The notes under the pieces are model-generated. The model searched no databases, was not told where the DNA came from, and worked only from the letters and a program-made list of their open reading frames with translations. The position numbers and the translations under genes are program-made. From Phoronis australis (Eukaryota > Animalia > Phoronida), in NCBI GenBank assembly GCA_002633005.1, contig NMRA01000107.1, forward strand, positions 787,169 through 851,168: 64,000 nt of DNA. Reading direction: 5' to 3'. Below are positions 37,901-52,500 of the stretch, piece by piece (position 1 is the first letter of the stretch; each line of letters begins with the position of its first letter).

Positions 37901-40900
37901 AACAAGCAATGGTGTGCTTGGAGTTGTAAGCTCAGCGGTTGCAACTGATGTCGGAAATCTGGATCCCCAAGCTAATTCTGTACAAATTGATGATCATAAA
38001 TTTTGGGAAACAAACATCAGATTGGTTCTGATCGCATACATGTAGCAATGTCCAAACTGATAATAGGTTCTGTTTCACAACTCGTTCGCAACTGTTAAGG
38101 GGTGGCTTGGGATTCCCACACACGTACTAGAGCCGAAAGGCACTTTATACAGAGTTACAATAAAATCGGATGCCTCCACTTTGTTTGGAACTTTTCTTTT
38201 GGTGGGATATTGTACTAGGCTCATGTGAGTGGCGAAAACGGAGCACCTTTACTGGTTACAATGGTAGTATAAAGGAAAGCTTTTTAGCTAAGTATACGAG
38301 CTGACCGGGAAGGCGCTTTGTTAGCACCTTTGTAGCCAAAGTACACACAGGTATTTGTTGTTCGTCTTATGACAGAGAGTGTTTCGACATCAAAGCTTTG
38401 TTAAAAAACGACTAGGGGTGTGAGGAAACAAACTTTCGAATTGAAAACATGGCTCCTTTGCGGTCAGCTAATCTGAAAAGTATAGCGAAACTACAAGCGT
38501 TTTTGCCACTACTTAGTAAGAATAGGCCCTATATGGGACTTCCATAAGAAGATTTCTCCTTTAAAGTCGGTTTTTTACCAAATTTCTACGCACTGTCGAC
38601 AAATGAGTATTTTCTCAGTAGAAACGCAGGCAAACATTGCCGTACTCCTAATTTGGCGTCTGACTGTGGAAACACGAGATGGTGTACGCGTGATAGTATA
38701 CGGAGGTACGTGCATAATACGGTCGTGAATCCAACTGGGTTTTCCTCTTAATAACAGCACTGTAACTGACTGTGTCTGATTCATTATTTGTTGTTGGGCC
38801 TAGCAAGGTGGCCACTGTGTTTTTTCTTCTGATGATGGTGTTTCAATGAACGCCGAAACATGTCAGGCCGGCTTAAATTCGTCTTTGTTTTTATTAACAT
38901 AACGATTTAAAGATTTCGTTGTCACCCATATATATTTGCAATAAGACAGGGAGAGGCATTCCACTAGAATGGGTTGCCTAAGTGGGCAACGTCTCGGGAG
39001 GCTATTGATTTTTGTTACAGCCTCGAATACTGCATCAGGCTATTTGGGATTACCGTCAGCCATGGTTGGCTGGATTTTGAGTCCCGTGTGCTGCGGTATC
39101 CACTCAACGTGAATTATGTGACATAAATGACAGTTACCAGATCCCACACAGAGACGAAAAAGCGTTATCGCCTCCAAATTTAACATGAACTCGATGTTCA
39201 AATTTGAATGCGCTTTTGCGAACATTGAGTAACTTTGTTCAACGCAAAAGTCTATTAAAGCTTTTCCCGATACACACCTCTTACAGGTAGAAAAAACGAG
39301 GTTTTGTCCGCGTCCAAGGGTGGATCCAGGATTTTGAATTAGAGTATTCGCCAGGACTGCCTGTCAAACATTTGCACCCCCGAATGGCTGAATGGAAACT
39401 GGGAGAATTTTAGGGGTGTCCATAGCTCCCTTGCATTTCCTCCCTAAATTCGCCACTGCCGTCCGCTGGGTTCACATAACATACACTAAGTTGAAATAGT
39501 TGAAAAACTAAAATGGACTCATGTTTGAAAAGTATGCATTTCCCTGCGCCAGACTTCACTTTCCTGAAGGTGATTTATTTTCTAATCCCGTGGGGTTACA
39601 CTCGTTTTGTTTGCGCTCCTACACGTACTAAAATACAATGCATGGCGATCAAAATTGGAATTACCTTGTGCAAAAAGTTTTATGTTCAACATTGGGTGAA
39701 AATCTTGACCAGGTAAATAGGTCTAGTTCTGTATGACTCAGTTGCACATGTATTAAGTACACACAATTTAACGGATCACAATATATTTAGTAGTTGCGTT
39801 TTCCGTTGTACTAGCGTATTCAATTAGACATACAACTACTCGAAGACAACGCGAACCCGTAACGTGTTCGTTTTAAGACTGAAAGGTAGTTATCGCATTA
39901 TCAGCTGCATACTACGAACTCGGTTTTTTCCCGTTAAGGTTATGAAGACCCCTGAAAAGAGGCAAGTTTGGCTAACTTTTGAGCCTCATATCTTAGAAAT
40001 GGCTGCATGGATCTATGTTAAACTTCCAGACACTGTGCTTCACGGACTCTTCTGCGCCTCCTTGTAAGCAACATCATCAAAATACTCCATTTTTGTAAAA
40101 AAGAGGGTTTCATAGAATCATAAAATTGGACATCACAAAACCGACATGATAATTTAAAAAATTGTAACAGGGTTACTTAGATTTCATCTTGAACAATTAC
40201 AGTTGTGTATATCATATGAAATTGAGTCGTGTTATTGATTACGTGATTTTGCTCTACATCTCCATGTACATTTACATTTCTTTTTTGTTAATTTTTACCA
40301 ACACATCATGACCTTGTCTCCCGATTAATGACTGTACACCAGGCATGAAGTTCGCAACACAGGCGCAGTAGCTGATTATAATGAGCATAATTGTTTAGCA
40401 ATAGTATTGACAATGAAAACTGAAGTCATTGACAAATATATTTTAAATTGGTTTAATTACCTACATTTCGGTGCAAAGTTACAATTTCAGCAACGTGTCA
40501 TTTTGCAGAGATGCAATTTTGAAAGCTGAAGAGCTAGACCTTTTAAGCCTAGACCAATCTATAATACTTACTCCATGAATGACGTAAGCAAAATAATGCT
40601 TAATTTCAGCGATTGTTTTGGTTCTGTCTTGGTTGTTCTTTTTGTAAAACTTTTTCCATAAAGTGTAATCGACCATTACAAGCGATTCAATACCAGCAAC
40701 AATATTGCCAGCATTTCTTCTCTCACGAACGACCCTGGTGGCTGTAGAAGATATTAACTATTATTTAAACGCAATTAGCGTGCTCGTATTTTGCAGTCAG
40801 CCTTGCATAGAGTCAAGTTAAAAGCTGTACGCAGTCACACATTAAATCGAGTCAGCTAAAGACACCGTGGGAAGATGAAAACAGAATGCATCACTCTTGT

Positions 40901-43560
40901 ATGGTTATTGCTGCAAATTTTCTGATAAAAGCAAGATAATTTGTTTATTTCTCTCGATTTCATATTGGAAGCAGGTTTCATCAAAACCACGGCTTATCAT
41001 TAAGCTTGGAGATTTCTGAATTTTCAAACCACTACTCGTGTCAGAAGCTGACTCTGAGAGGCTATAAATATCATTTCCATAGCAATATATAGGTAGTTGA
41101 TGGGCTCTCATTCAAACTATGGACTTCCTGTCAAACGGATAAAAACATCATGGTGAGTATAAACCTGAACGAAAATTACTTCATTTTACATAAGTGCAAT
41201 GGACATTTTCAGCACGCTCATTCGATACGAAGTTCGTTCATTTCCGTGTGACGTTATCATGTGAATTACTACATATAGTAACATCACCTAGTGCAAAGTA
41301 TTTGACGGGTTTGCCATATTTTGGAATAAATTGAAATACTTATGCTATCCCGTTATTTCCCATGCTATGTGGATAAGGAGTGATATCGTCGCAAACGTCT
41401 CCATCGCATCTCCTGCTCACTGTATTCACTTGGAATAAAGAATTAGCTTTCTATGCCACCACGTTGACAGTTTCGGTACACGATCTACATTTACAATAAA
41501 TAGAGCTAAAATTGTTCAATCCTTCTTGCTTTTAAGATAAGATTGATACGATTGGTTAAAAGTGTTTTGCTTGGAAACGAGTTTTCTCCAAGTTTAAAGC
41601 AGTGACAAGAAGCTTTAGTATTCTAACAAAATTTGAAATTTGCCGACTGATCTTTTAAATACGGCGAGTAGAGAAATTAATGATGAATGGTCGCAGTCAG
41701 GAAAGAAATTTGATCTTACGCCTATGGTTTTAAGCTAATGAAAGACAGTCCATTAGAAAGAGGAAGGTTCCATTTGGCGCCAAAGCGTTTCTCAAGCTCC
41801 ACTTATACATACATATATCGTAGTACGGAAATGCAAAATATTCATGTATCGAATGAGTGTGGTTTAAATCAAATATCCGCGCGTATCGTCATTGAGGTCA
41901 CGATCACGTTGTACAGATACGATATCAGAGACCTTCGGCTACACGTTAAACGCAATCACGTACGTGTGAGTCACCAGTGGTCACAGATTCGTGCTCGTGT
42001 ACACCAAATTCGTGAAAGTCTCACCAAAATGGGCTAAGGTAAGACCTAAATGGCTTAGTCCCTTTTAGTGAGGTTTCTTAGACCAAAAGTGAGACCGAAA
42101 TCTTTCTAGCCTTAGACCGAAGCATGCGCGCACACAAGGGGGAGGGGGGAAGAGGGCTCGAATGAGCCCCCCATTCGGCGAATTGGGCAAAAAGGTCAGC
42201 TTCAGAGAAACAAAGGTCCGAGAAAATGAGACAACAGTCCAAAAAAGTGCAGACACACAATTCTGAAGGTGGTACCCCGTTTTTTTAGCCCTTCCGCTTT
42301 TTTGTAAACAAAAGGTCCATTTATTTAGAAATTCGAGTATCTCCATATTAAAGGGTGGGTGCGTGCATGCGAAACTCAGCCTGTAATGGGACTAATGTAA
42401 CCCTAATCCTAAATCAAGGGCTCAAAAGGCACAATCCTGTAGCTAATAGGCTATTGGACCCGTTTCATGAAAACTGCCTTATGACTTACGATCAACATTT
42501 TGTCAAAGTTAAGAACGAAATTCGGGCTACGTTTAGACCAGAAAAGAAAATTCAGAAAACACCGTTCTATGAACGCGAAGTCAAATTTTGGTCTTCGGTC
42601 TTAACCTAGACAGAAGTTAAGTCGGTTTTGGACAGAGGTGTGCATACAAACTATGCTGTCTCGTGGCTGCTCCGAATTCATCATACTAAGAGAGGCGGTG
42701 AGTGAATTGCGGTTTCAAAAATAATTTTGGCTTTGGAACTCTAAATAGGGATTTCTGAACATTTTGAATACAACTGCGATATCGTTTGCTTGAGAACAAA
42801 CACCCTGGCATAGCTGAAAAATATCATTTCACACGTGCCGGTACCAATAGAATGTGGGAAATATAAAAAAATTGCTCTTCAACAGTTTACAAAGAAAAAA
42901 AAACGTGAATGTTGGCCATTTAGACCGACGGTCTATTCTTAAGCCTCTATTCCGTAGCAGCCTGAATCCCGGTCTTACCTTAGACCAATTTCGGTCTTAA
43001 TTTTGAACTTAAAGAAAATTCATGAAACGGGGCCAAAACATCTTTGTTTGATATTTGAACAATTCCTACAATTTAAGTTGCAGATTAAAAAACAGATAAT
43101 TATGTTCTTATAATTTAACTATATTTAGCAAGAGGGGGCACTGTATACTCCCTCATTAGCCAATCACAAGCTCAGAGATTGAGAAATGTTGCAACAGACC
43201 CTTTCGATCGCGTTTACACCCAAGTGTATGTTAACAACTGAGTCCATAATTACGTACATTATGATGTGTATTTTTGTTATATAAACGCAAATAGACCAGG
43301 GTGTAAAATTAAAGTGGGATGTATAATTACATCACCTCCAGAGGACGTGTAAATGTTAATTTACGCACACATTTTCACCTGGTGTGTGTGAACGCGATCT
43401 AAATTTATGCACGGTTGTTAAAGCATGATTACTCTGGGTGTTAGCAAAATTATTTCTGTGACATCATCTCTCCTTTAAGCAGCACCACAAATCTTTGAAC
43501 GTCCAAAAATCAAATGTTGTCATGCGGGTTTCATATGGTCTTTTAATGAAATGCTGTTGA

Positions 43561-43591
<31 letters not shown>

Positions 43592-46500
43592 GATACTGCT
43601 GTTGGTGCTGGTATTGCTGCTGCTGTTGCTACTGCTGCTCCTGCTGCTGATACTGCTTATGATACTGCTGCTGTCGCTGTTGCTGCTGCTAGTGTTGGCT
43701 GAAACTGTCACGGCTTTGTACGCCACGGTTTTACTGGATATGCACAATCCCTAAGAGGTACAATGTACAATAGGCATACTTGTAACTTCATCAGGACTAA
43801 TCAGTTTTTCGGTTTGCTTTGGACGCTGAATTTCCAAAAGCCATCGCTTCATGAACGCGACCCGACCAAGCCATATTGTGTTCACATCATAAATGATACA
43901 ATCAGTATCAGACATCAAACACCATAAAATAATCGAATGCTGGAATCATGTTGCTGAAACAAAAACCACGAACAAAATAATTCGGACGCAATCCTAAATA
44001 TGTGACCCCCATCGATACCACTAGTACTAGACCGCCGCAATTGAGAAATCTCAAATTAGTCATGCACTGGGAACAGGAAACAGTTGCTTTCAAAACTGCG
44101 CCTAGTTACCAACACTGCGGTTACCAAATCCTGTGCGCATTTGTTATCATTTGGCTTTAACTTGACATGTGAATTATCTTATTCGTTTGTAAGGCGCTCG
44201 AGGAATGTTTGGCATAAAACCATGAAATATTTGTAACCCTTTACAAGGCGACATACCTGTATAAGGCTGTATATCGCACTTTTTGAAATTCTGCAAAATT
44301 TTGATATGTTTACTCTAATGACATTTCATACAAAGTGGGCAAAGTCGTTAATCATATTTTAATTCATTCCGCACACTCGCCCACTTCTGTTTTAACTGAA
44401 GATACTTGCTCCATTTTCTACTAAATACCAAGCACCAAAGCAAGAGCAATGTGAACACGTGTTGTCTCTGAGTCTCCCCCCGTTTCAGGTGTTCTTTGCA
44501 GAACGTGTGAAAGGTCCTTCTGCTGCGAACACCTGTTATGTGGAATTACTGGCCCTAGGCTATGGAGAGAAACGAAATGGGATGAACATACACGCTCTGT
44601 GTTTAGAAGTTTAAGTGGATCGACCAGACAAGAGGTGCATGCGGTTTGTGGACAGTAGCTGTAATGACAACCAACAATAGCAGAATTGTCCACGAACTTC
44701 TGCAATCTCTTTCAGGAAGAGCCTCATGGCTATACAGCTGTATACACACACACAGTAGGGTTCGCCTGAGTTTCAAAAACAAGTATTTGTCCAGTGGACC
44801 CGACCTACGTGGCAAGTGCGCTTTTACTGATGTTTTTTAGGCACCAGAACGTTTGCAGTCCATTGCGGACGAAGAAATATATCAGAATAAAATGCATAAG
44901 CTGTTCAATGAAGCATGCGAATTCTAGTGCTCCTTCTAGGAGTTTTTTAGCCTTAAGCTGGTCGAAACGAAATTTTGAGCATTGTCAAATATTATACCTG
45001 TAGCAATTCTCTCTGCCTTTTATACACCCGCACTGTAATCTAAAATTCGTACCTTAGGGGATGGTGCAGATGCACTTATAAATAAAATGAAATGAACGGA
45101 TAGATGGATTATTTTGAAACTTACAAATATCTTGGAAGTCAACGAAGGTCCCAGAATTCCGTGACTTCGCCACCTTTCGTTTCTTTACGACCGCCAGTGT
45201 GTTGTCACCAGTCTGTGTGATCTCATAGAGGTCGTCATTGCGCGCGACGTGTCCCGATAACTGAAAATCCGAGCATACTTACCACCGGCTCATTTTATGA
45301 CGAAAATAGAACGAACGCCTGTTTACAGTCGTCCGAATTTTGCGCCATTGACTACGGTTACAGTAACGTGCTTTCTCTGGTAGTTTAAAACTTCAGTTGG
45401 CATAGCTTCAACAATTTCTGCAAACACTAAAACACAGGGAACCTAAACAACTTATCGTCTATCCATGCAGTTGTAGACCGTGTATTATACATGTTCATTG
45501 ATGTATAAGGTTTTCTGATTTTACCGTCACGGACATCTTATTGTAAGGTGTTAGATATACTTTGCACTACACCTCCTCAGAAACATAGGTGCATTATCAG
45601 TACTGTTGTGCTTACCAAACCGCCGGAACGTTTCAGTACAACCAAGGAGCTTTTGTCCACGCTACCAAAGACATCACGGTCGTCGACATCCTATCAAACA
45701 AGACAACGATAGCCACAATTTCATAAGCACAATCGAAATTTCAAAAGTTTGGTTGAAAATGTAATGTGACATTAAACAGGTGATTTCTGTCAAAGAAGTA
45801 CATGTAAGTTTGGTTTGAACCATATACCGTTGTAAAGTTGGTATTGGTTTGTTCCTTAACTAGTTAAGAATGATATCCGAGTTTAACGGGCAGTCATTTC
45901 TTCAAACCAAGCTCATAAAGTTCCGCGGCACGCTGTCAGGGGCGGATACTGGATTTTGAATTGGGGGAGGGGGCATGGAAGAGTATTTGCCAGGATTTTG
46001 CCTGTCAGACAATCGCATCCCCGGACTGCCAAATGGAGTCTGGGAGAATTCGGAGGGGCATGGCCCCCGTGCCCCCGCCCTCCTTAAATCCGCCACTGGC
46101 AGTTACTTTAAAATTTGGGCGTTTCACCTGAAGAAATGGCGAACTTCCAGTTTGTTTAGACAAGCCCAGAAATCATATCTATTTTGACCTAGAAATGTTT
46201 GTGTCTACTCTTACCCTGAAAGAATTCACGGGTTTCACACCTCTTTATTTTCAGATCATTTGGTAATTTCGTGGGGTAAAGGAACCTATGGCACAGGTGC
46301 ATTGATGTAAACTCGATTTAAAAACTAATTGCTGCTCGATCACGCGGTGTTCAATATCTTGTGTGCAGCAACCTTTTGCAAATACGTTTTATTCTCAAAC
46401 CAAGTATGTCGTTTTACCATGCTTAATGTGAATTTGACTCAGTGTGCCAGATTGCTTTCATCATACTTCAGTTTATATCGATTACCCCGTCGTGTTTAAC

Positions 46501-49500
46501 CCACCGTGTCGTTTATGACCTTATCAAAATAACGCACGGAAATGGGAGTATTTCTGGGATCATTGCGTCATTACGGAAAGATTGAGCCAATTTGGAGCTA
46601 GATTGCAAAAATACAAAGGAAGTGAGGTGTTCATTACCCACATTGTCACTTTTGGCGATAGATTGTTTAATATAATTTTCTTTCAATCTATTTTCTCACC
46701 GTTGGTGTTATATTAATTCCTTTGTTTAAACGAGAAAGTGCAGACGATAAGAATTACGTTAGACTCATTTCCTTTTCGTCAGCCATTTGCAGTTTACAGA
46801 ATTATAAATACCCGATTGTTTAATAGAGACAAAAATTCATGGTCACGGGAACTGTAGAAACTGGTCACCATTTAATCGAAAATGGAGTTTGGCTGTGCTC
46901 GCATAATTGGACCGGACATAATGGTCTCGAAAACCTAGGATCCAACGAATAACAGGGAAAACTAACTAGAAATTGATAATTTTCCACCATGGTGTGTGAA
47001 AAGGTTTGCGCACCTTTGCTGTGCAAACCCCAAACCAACTGTGGAAACTGAATTTGATTGAACTCGCAAAATTGTGTAAATGAATGTCACCTTTTGACAG
47101 TTTGTGATGCTTTCTCTGAAGTGAAAGTTAAGCATTGAAGTGACCGCCTGCAAACAAATCCTTTTCCCTATAAATTATATAAGCTGTTAAGAAAACGTAA
47201 TGTATGTACTTATGTGTAAAGTGTGTATACTACATGTGTGCCAGCCAAAAGATGAACGAGTTGTTTACTTCTGAGTAGTGTGCACACCAATGTCCTTGTT
47301 TATGTGTTGTAGGTTCACTTTGGGCCATGACAAAAAGCAAAAATATATGAAGCTACGTAATGACTGCTCTGTTCAATTCAGTTGAAATGTGCAAGCCTTT
47401 TTATCCAAAAACGCTAGAGCAGAACCGTAAGCTAAGAGGAAGGTTCAGAGAAATTCATCGTGTACACATGTACATCTCCTGCACTTCCTTCTTTACTAGT
47501 TCCTGCGTAGCGTACGGAATCTGAAGTGGTGTCACTGTTACTGGTTGTTCCGTTATCAACTCCATTACCTGGCTGGTCACATTGGTCTCTTCAGGTCCAT
47601 TGGTGAAGATACCACGGTAGTCATGTAGGAAATGTAATTCTTTTTCATGCTGCTATGACGTCAAGTTATCACGCAGCTCACCCTCCATGAACCTCTGACC
47701 GAAGCCCTAAGCCGCCGTCGTCAAGAAGGGTCAATTTATCAGCCTCACATACCTCAATTAACACCGCACCGATCGCTTCATCTGTCTCTTCAATGCTATC
47801 AGCCTTGCTTTCGTGATACACTTTCAACATACTGGCATGTAAGATCTTAATCTTGTCGTTCACGTTGATCCAGTAGTCCATACTTTTGGCTACTTCCTTT
47901 CCATTGCAGGATAGATTTGTTGTGGTCTGTGGGACGTAACACTCTGTGGCCGTCTTGTAACAGTAATTTTTGTGAATACCTCAAGCATTATACAAGCTTT
48001 TCCTAGACAACTCGCAGGTCTCTTCAAACGGTTTCTGGTATCGAAGACATAGTATTTCGCACGTCGATGTTGTCTTCCTCAGTCCAGATTTCACTCAGGA
48101 TCTGTATAGGATCATTAACTGTCCTGCAGTAGAGCAACTCAAAGGTTGAAAAATCATTGCGTGACTGTGGTCCTTCCAGTAAGCATTCAGGGCGACGGTC
48201 AAGTACCGGCCCAGTCTATTGATCTTTCTTGTCACATCTTCTTCTGTATGGTTTTTAATACACCCTTGATTTTACAGAGCCCAATACAACGTGGCTGTGC
48301 ACTCACAAATGCAATGACCGCCTTTATCAGTCCCGGTTGCAATGTTTCACGATCACTCAGCATCGTGGTAGCGCCACTGCTGGTGACGAACTATACAGCC
48401 GAAAGGATATACCTGTTCCTCTTGTCTGAAATTGGAGCTATAGGGCCAATCACGTCAATAGCGATCCTCTTGAAAGGCTCCTCCTTCTAGGGGATCTCCC
48501 CCTAGTGATACCTCGGTGACTCACTCTTTAAGGATCGTCTTCTACCAGATATTACATGATAGTCAGAATCGGGTCACTTCTGATGCCACTCCTGGCCAAT
48601 AGACGTTGATGGTGATACGGTCAGTTGTCTTCCTAACACCGAGCTGTCAACAGAGTATGAACTCGTAGGCGAGCCTCCTCACGGACTCCCGCAACTTATT
48701 CGATACAAAGAACTTGTTTCACCACATCACCGTCCTTATTTCTGAATAGCCAATAGAGTATCCCTCGCTGGACCTCCATCACGTATGACCCTTCCTTTGG
48801 TCTCTCGTTCAAAACTGATTCAGCATAATCCCACAACATTTTATGTGGTGAATCTCCCTGCTGGGTTTCTTTGAGCCGCCGTGGTCCTACCTCCTGTACG
48901 GTCCAAGATACAGCTGACGGCTTCATGTACACTTTCTGTTGCTCTTCTTGAGCCCTGAGCTGCATACTTCAGGATCTGTCACCCCTGACATATCGACCAT
49001 CTTCACTTCCAGTGGGATTGAAGACACTTGATTTTAATTCTGGAGGTAGTACCCACTCGAGAGTCATCTTTCGGTCCCTCCACCTGGCTATTGCCTGCCC
49101 CGTCCTTGTTGACGGTAGTCGCAGTCTGCTGTCACTCGACATTCCTTGCGTCCAAGGTGCCAGGTACGTCGTCCACGATAATCTAATCGGCCACTGGACG
49201 CTCCATACACATCTCGAACACCTCTCCCATTTGGTACGGTATGCCAATGTTCATCTTGGCGACTTGAATCCAACTCTTGGTTGAGTCTGAAAACTCTCGT
49301 GGTGCGACTAAAATGGTTCGAACCACAATAATGAGGCAGCATGTATCTCTCAGCAAGGAGAAATTCTTAGTGCCGACAAACCCGTCCTTCAGACACAGCT
49401 TTCCTTTGAAGGCGCGTCCAGAGTTAACACGCTTCACCGACTCCATCGCTTCAATGTGTGAACCTCAGTGAATGATTTCTGCTGACTTTTGGTGATACTT

Positions 49501-52500
49501 TATGAGACAGAGAAAGCATATTTCCTCTGCGAAGCCAGTCTTCTTCCGATCTACCCACTGGGTGTCTGGTTTAACTGTTCAGTCTTGGGACGTTTTCGGT
49601 AGCAACTGAGTGCTCGTTACATCTACTCCATGGGCATCAATATATATCTCTATCAAGCTACCCATCTCTGGAAAAGTTGTGGGTATCCACTCTCTTAGGA
49701 ACAACGGCGAGTCTTTGGTAGAGGTGTTCACAAACTGCTCACGCACCATCAGGTCTCTCAGCTCAGAGAAATCTTTGCTGCAGTGAGTCATGTCAATCTA
49801 GTTGTCTTAATAGAGCGCCCCTCTCAGCCCTCGCTTCCCAGAATCCTGAATCTTCCTTAGTCATTTCACACCGCTTCAGCAAGGCTCTTCTGAGTGTAGC
49901 ACAGTCCAATGCATCGGACCCTGGGACCTTGCCTGATAACAAGGGATTGAGGACAGTTACCCATTCACTTTTGATCTAAGCCTTACTCTCGGCGTATCTT
50001 TCAAACCTTTTCAGGGATGTCTATGTTGCCCTGCTTTTCGTCAAATTCATGTAGGTTCGGTTTAATGCCACCAGTTGTCCTCGCAGGGTTACACTCAGCT
50101 GCAACCTACTCAGGTTTGAGCTTGCAAGCGCCCTCTCACGTACCATTTTCTCTATGTCCGTCTACCGTTTGGCCTCACGGGCTTACCTTCTTTCCTCGGT
50201 CTCACGAGCTTGCCTCCTTTCCTCAGCCTCAGCCTTACGGATTTACGTGTAACAGGCCTCAGCTAGTTGTTTCTCCACAACTGAAGATCGTCTCCCTGCA
50301 AACCCGAGGGTCATTTACTCTCTTACTTGTGGTCTTGTCTCCAGGCAAGGAGGCAGATCAATAACGAGCTCCTCTTGAATTGCTTCATTTAGATTCACTA
50401 TTGAGACGTGTTCCATGGCCATAGTGGTGGCAAAATTTGATTCCACCACCTTAATTAGTACTTAAAAGAATGAATCTATACAGCAAAACAGCAAACAGCA
50501 TCTACATAAAAAGAGAAGTCATAGAGAGATTGCTAGGGATGCAATGTGATAGCTGCCTTGGCAAATAGAGCAAATCAGAGTTTCCGTAAATGAATTTTTG
50601 GCCCATTTAATTTTAAGATGGTGATTAAAATTTCCCATTCCCTGCCAATGCATCCATACAGAAGACTTTAAAAATATATTATCATTTTCAAGTTATTATG
50701 ATCATGTCCCATAATTTTTGAGATACCCTGTATAGAGCAGCGGGCTCAGTAACATGATTGAGTTCGTTATGTGTGTACATGTATCTTTGAATAAATAGCC
50801 AACGTGCTCTTGAAAAATGGACCTCCATTTTCATAATGTGCCAAGAGATTTTAATCAATTATTTTTCAATAACAAACGCTTCTTATGAAAATATGCAACC
50901 TACGTAACAGTGCTGTCAGTTGGGATGCCAATAACCGGTAACCTCGTTATACAATCTATCAAATGCTGTTGGGTCTGTCAAGCTACTAAAATCAAAAACA
51001 AGTCAAAATGAAGTAGTAAACATTTTCCTCTGTTATACACTGTACATGTACGTTGGGAATTTGTTCATTATTTGCAAACACCAGTTTGTTTAAAACTTTT
51101 AGTGGCGAGAATTAGAGTATCAGTTAAAATTGTTGTCATTTTACTTCTCAGGTATCGAGACACCTCCAAAGACTTCCATGATCTTGCGCTTTCGCGAGTT
51201 TCTTACATCTAACATATCCATGGATCTTTTTCATAAATGCACGAGACATTACATTCCAATAGAATGTAGTAAGTCATCCAGCCAAAGCACAGAGAAATGC
51301 ACCAGTACAAATTAGACCCACACTGTGTGTTGATATGCTCCCACTGTGTGCGTCGCAGATGGTAAATGTGCAGTCGGTGCTTATGTTTCCTTACAATGAC
51401 ACGGACTACTACCGTAGCACCACTGGCGGGCATTTCAAAACATGAGATTTATTAAAAAACCCCTTTTTGTTCCAAAAAGGTCCATGGCGCTTTTTCGGGG
51501 ATGGCCGCTTTTTAAGAATCTTGATTTTGTCCTGTTGACACATCCTAATGTTTTTTGACAAAACTCAATGACACGATGGCTAGTATATGCCGCTTAATTA
51601 CCGTTCAGTTAGTATCAGTGCAAACCTTGCTCATTATCATTTCAACACCAAACATCCATTTACGGATGGTGTAATATTAAAAGGCTCTATTAGCGCACAA
51701 ACAAGAAAGAAAAAAACACCAGTATAGTTTTCGGATCATAGCTTTTACTTTTTATATTTAAAGCGGGTATAAACCCGCCTTCCATTAGAAAACAAAAGAA
51801 ATCTTGATTTACATCACTGTCAATTCTGATATTGTTTACATTTTTAGTCAAAGTGACGGTGAAATCAGGGCTTCGAAAGAGCTATATGTAACATTTATTT
51901 GTTACTTGAAACCAGGATCTTCAATTCGGATGGTCACGGCTTGTCAGTTTCTGTACTCAGCCTGACAGCTCTTTGCAGACCCAGAAACCATTACCCATCT
52001 AACTAAAGAACAACTTGAAATCAATCTTAAAGCTGTAAGTGGTCTAAACAAGAAGTTCTTTACTTCAACGGAACGCCGCGGTTAAAAGCGTTTTCAAAAT
52101 TTCTTCCAAACTTTTGAGCGACTGTCAAGCTAGTAGTTGTACATGTAGTGCCGCAGACGAATTTACCGTTTGTTGTTGAAAGCGTTGATAAATGCATATG
52201 TCATTATGGCTAATATAGCTGGCTCTGCATGACATCCCGCTTATGAATGTATGGCATCCATCATCCTGCACGTTATGCCACGTGACAACTGTTATGTGTT
52301 CAACTGATTGTGACATCATTACAGTCCGTATTAGACTTAAACAACCTCCAGCATAAGTGACAGCTTTGGCAGCATCCATTCTAAAGACAATTTTCACCAA
52401 TTTTTTAAGTTGTTCGAAAATAACGCAATTCGATTTTACGTAATTTATCGTTTATATCTAACACGAAAATGCTTAGTAATAGTTATGGGTATTACATATT

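Noticed and set aside
43520-43754. Poly-Leu (+) and poly-Ser (-) ORFs
   Set aside because: Degenerate CTG repeat with no convincing phase-compatible splice sites; exon 4 joins exon 5 in frame without it
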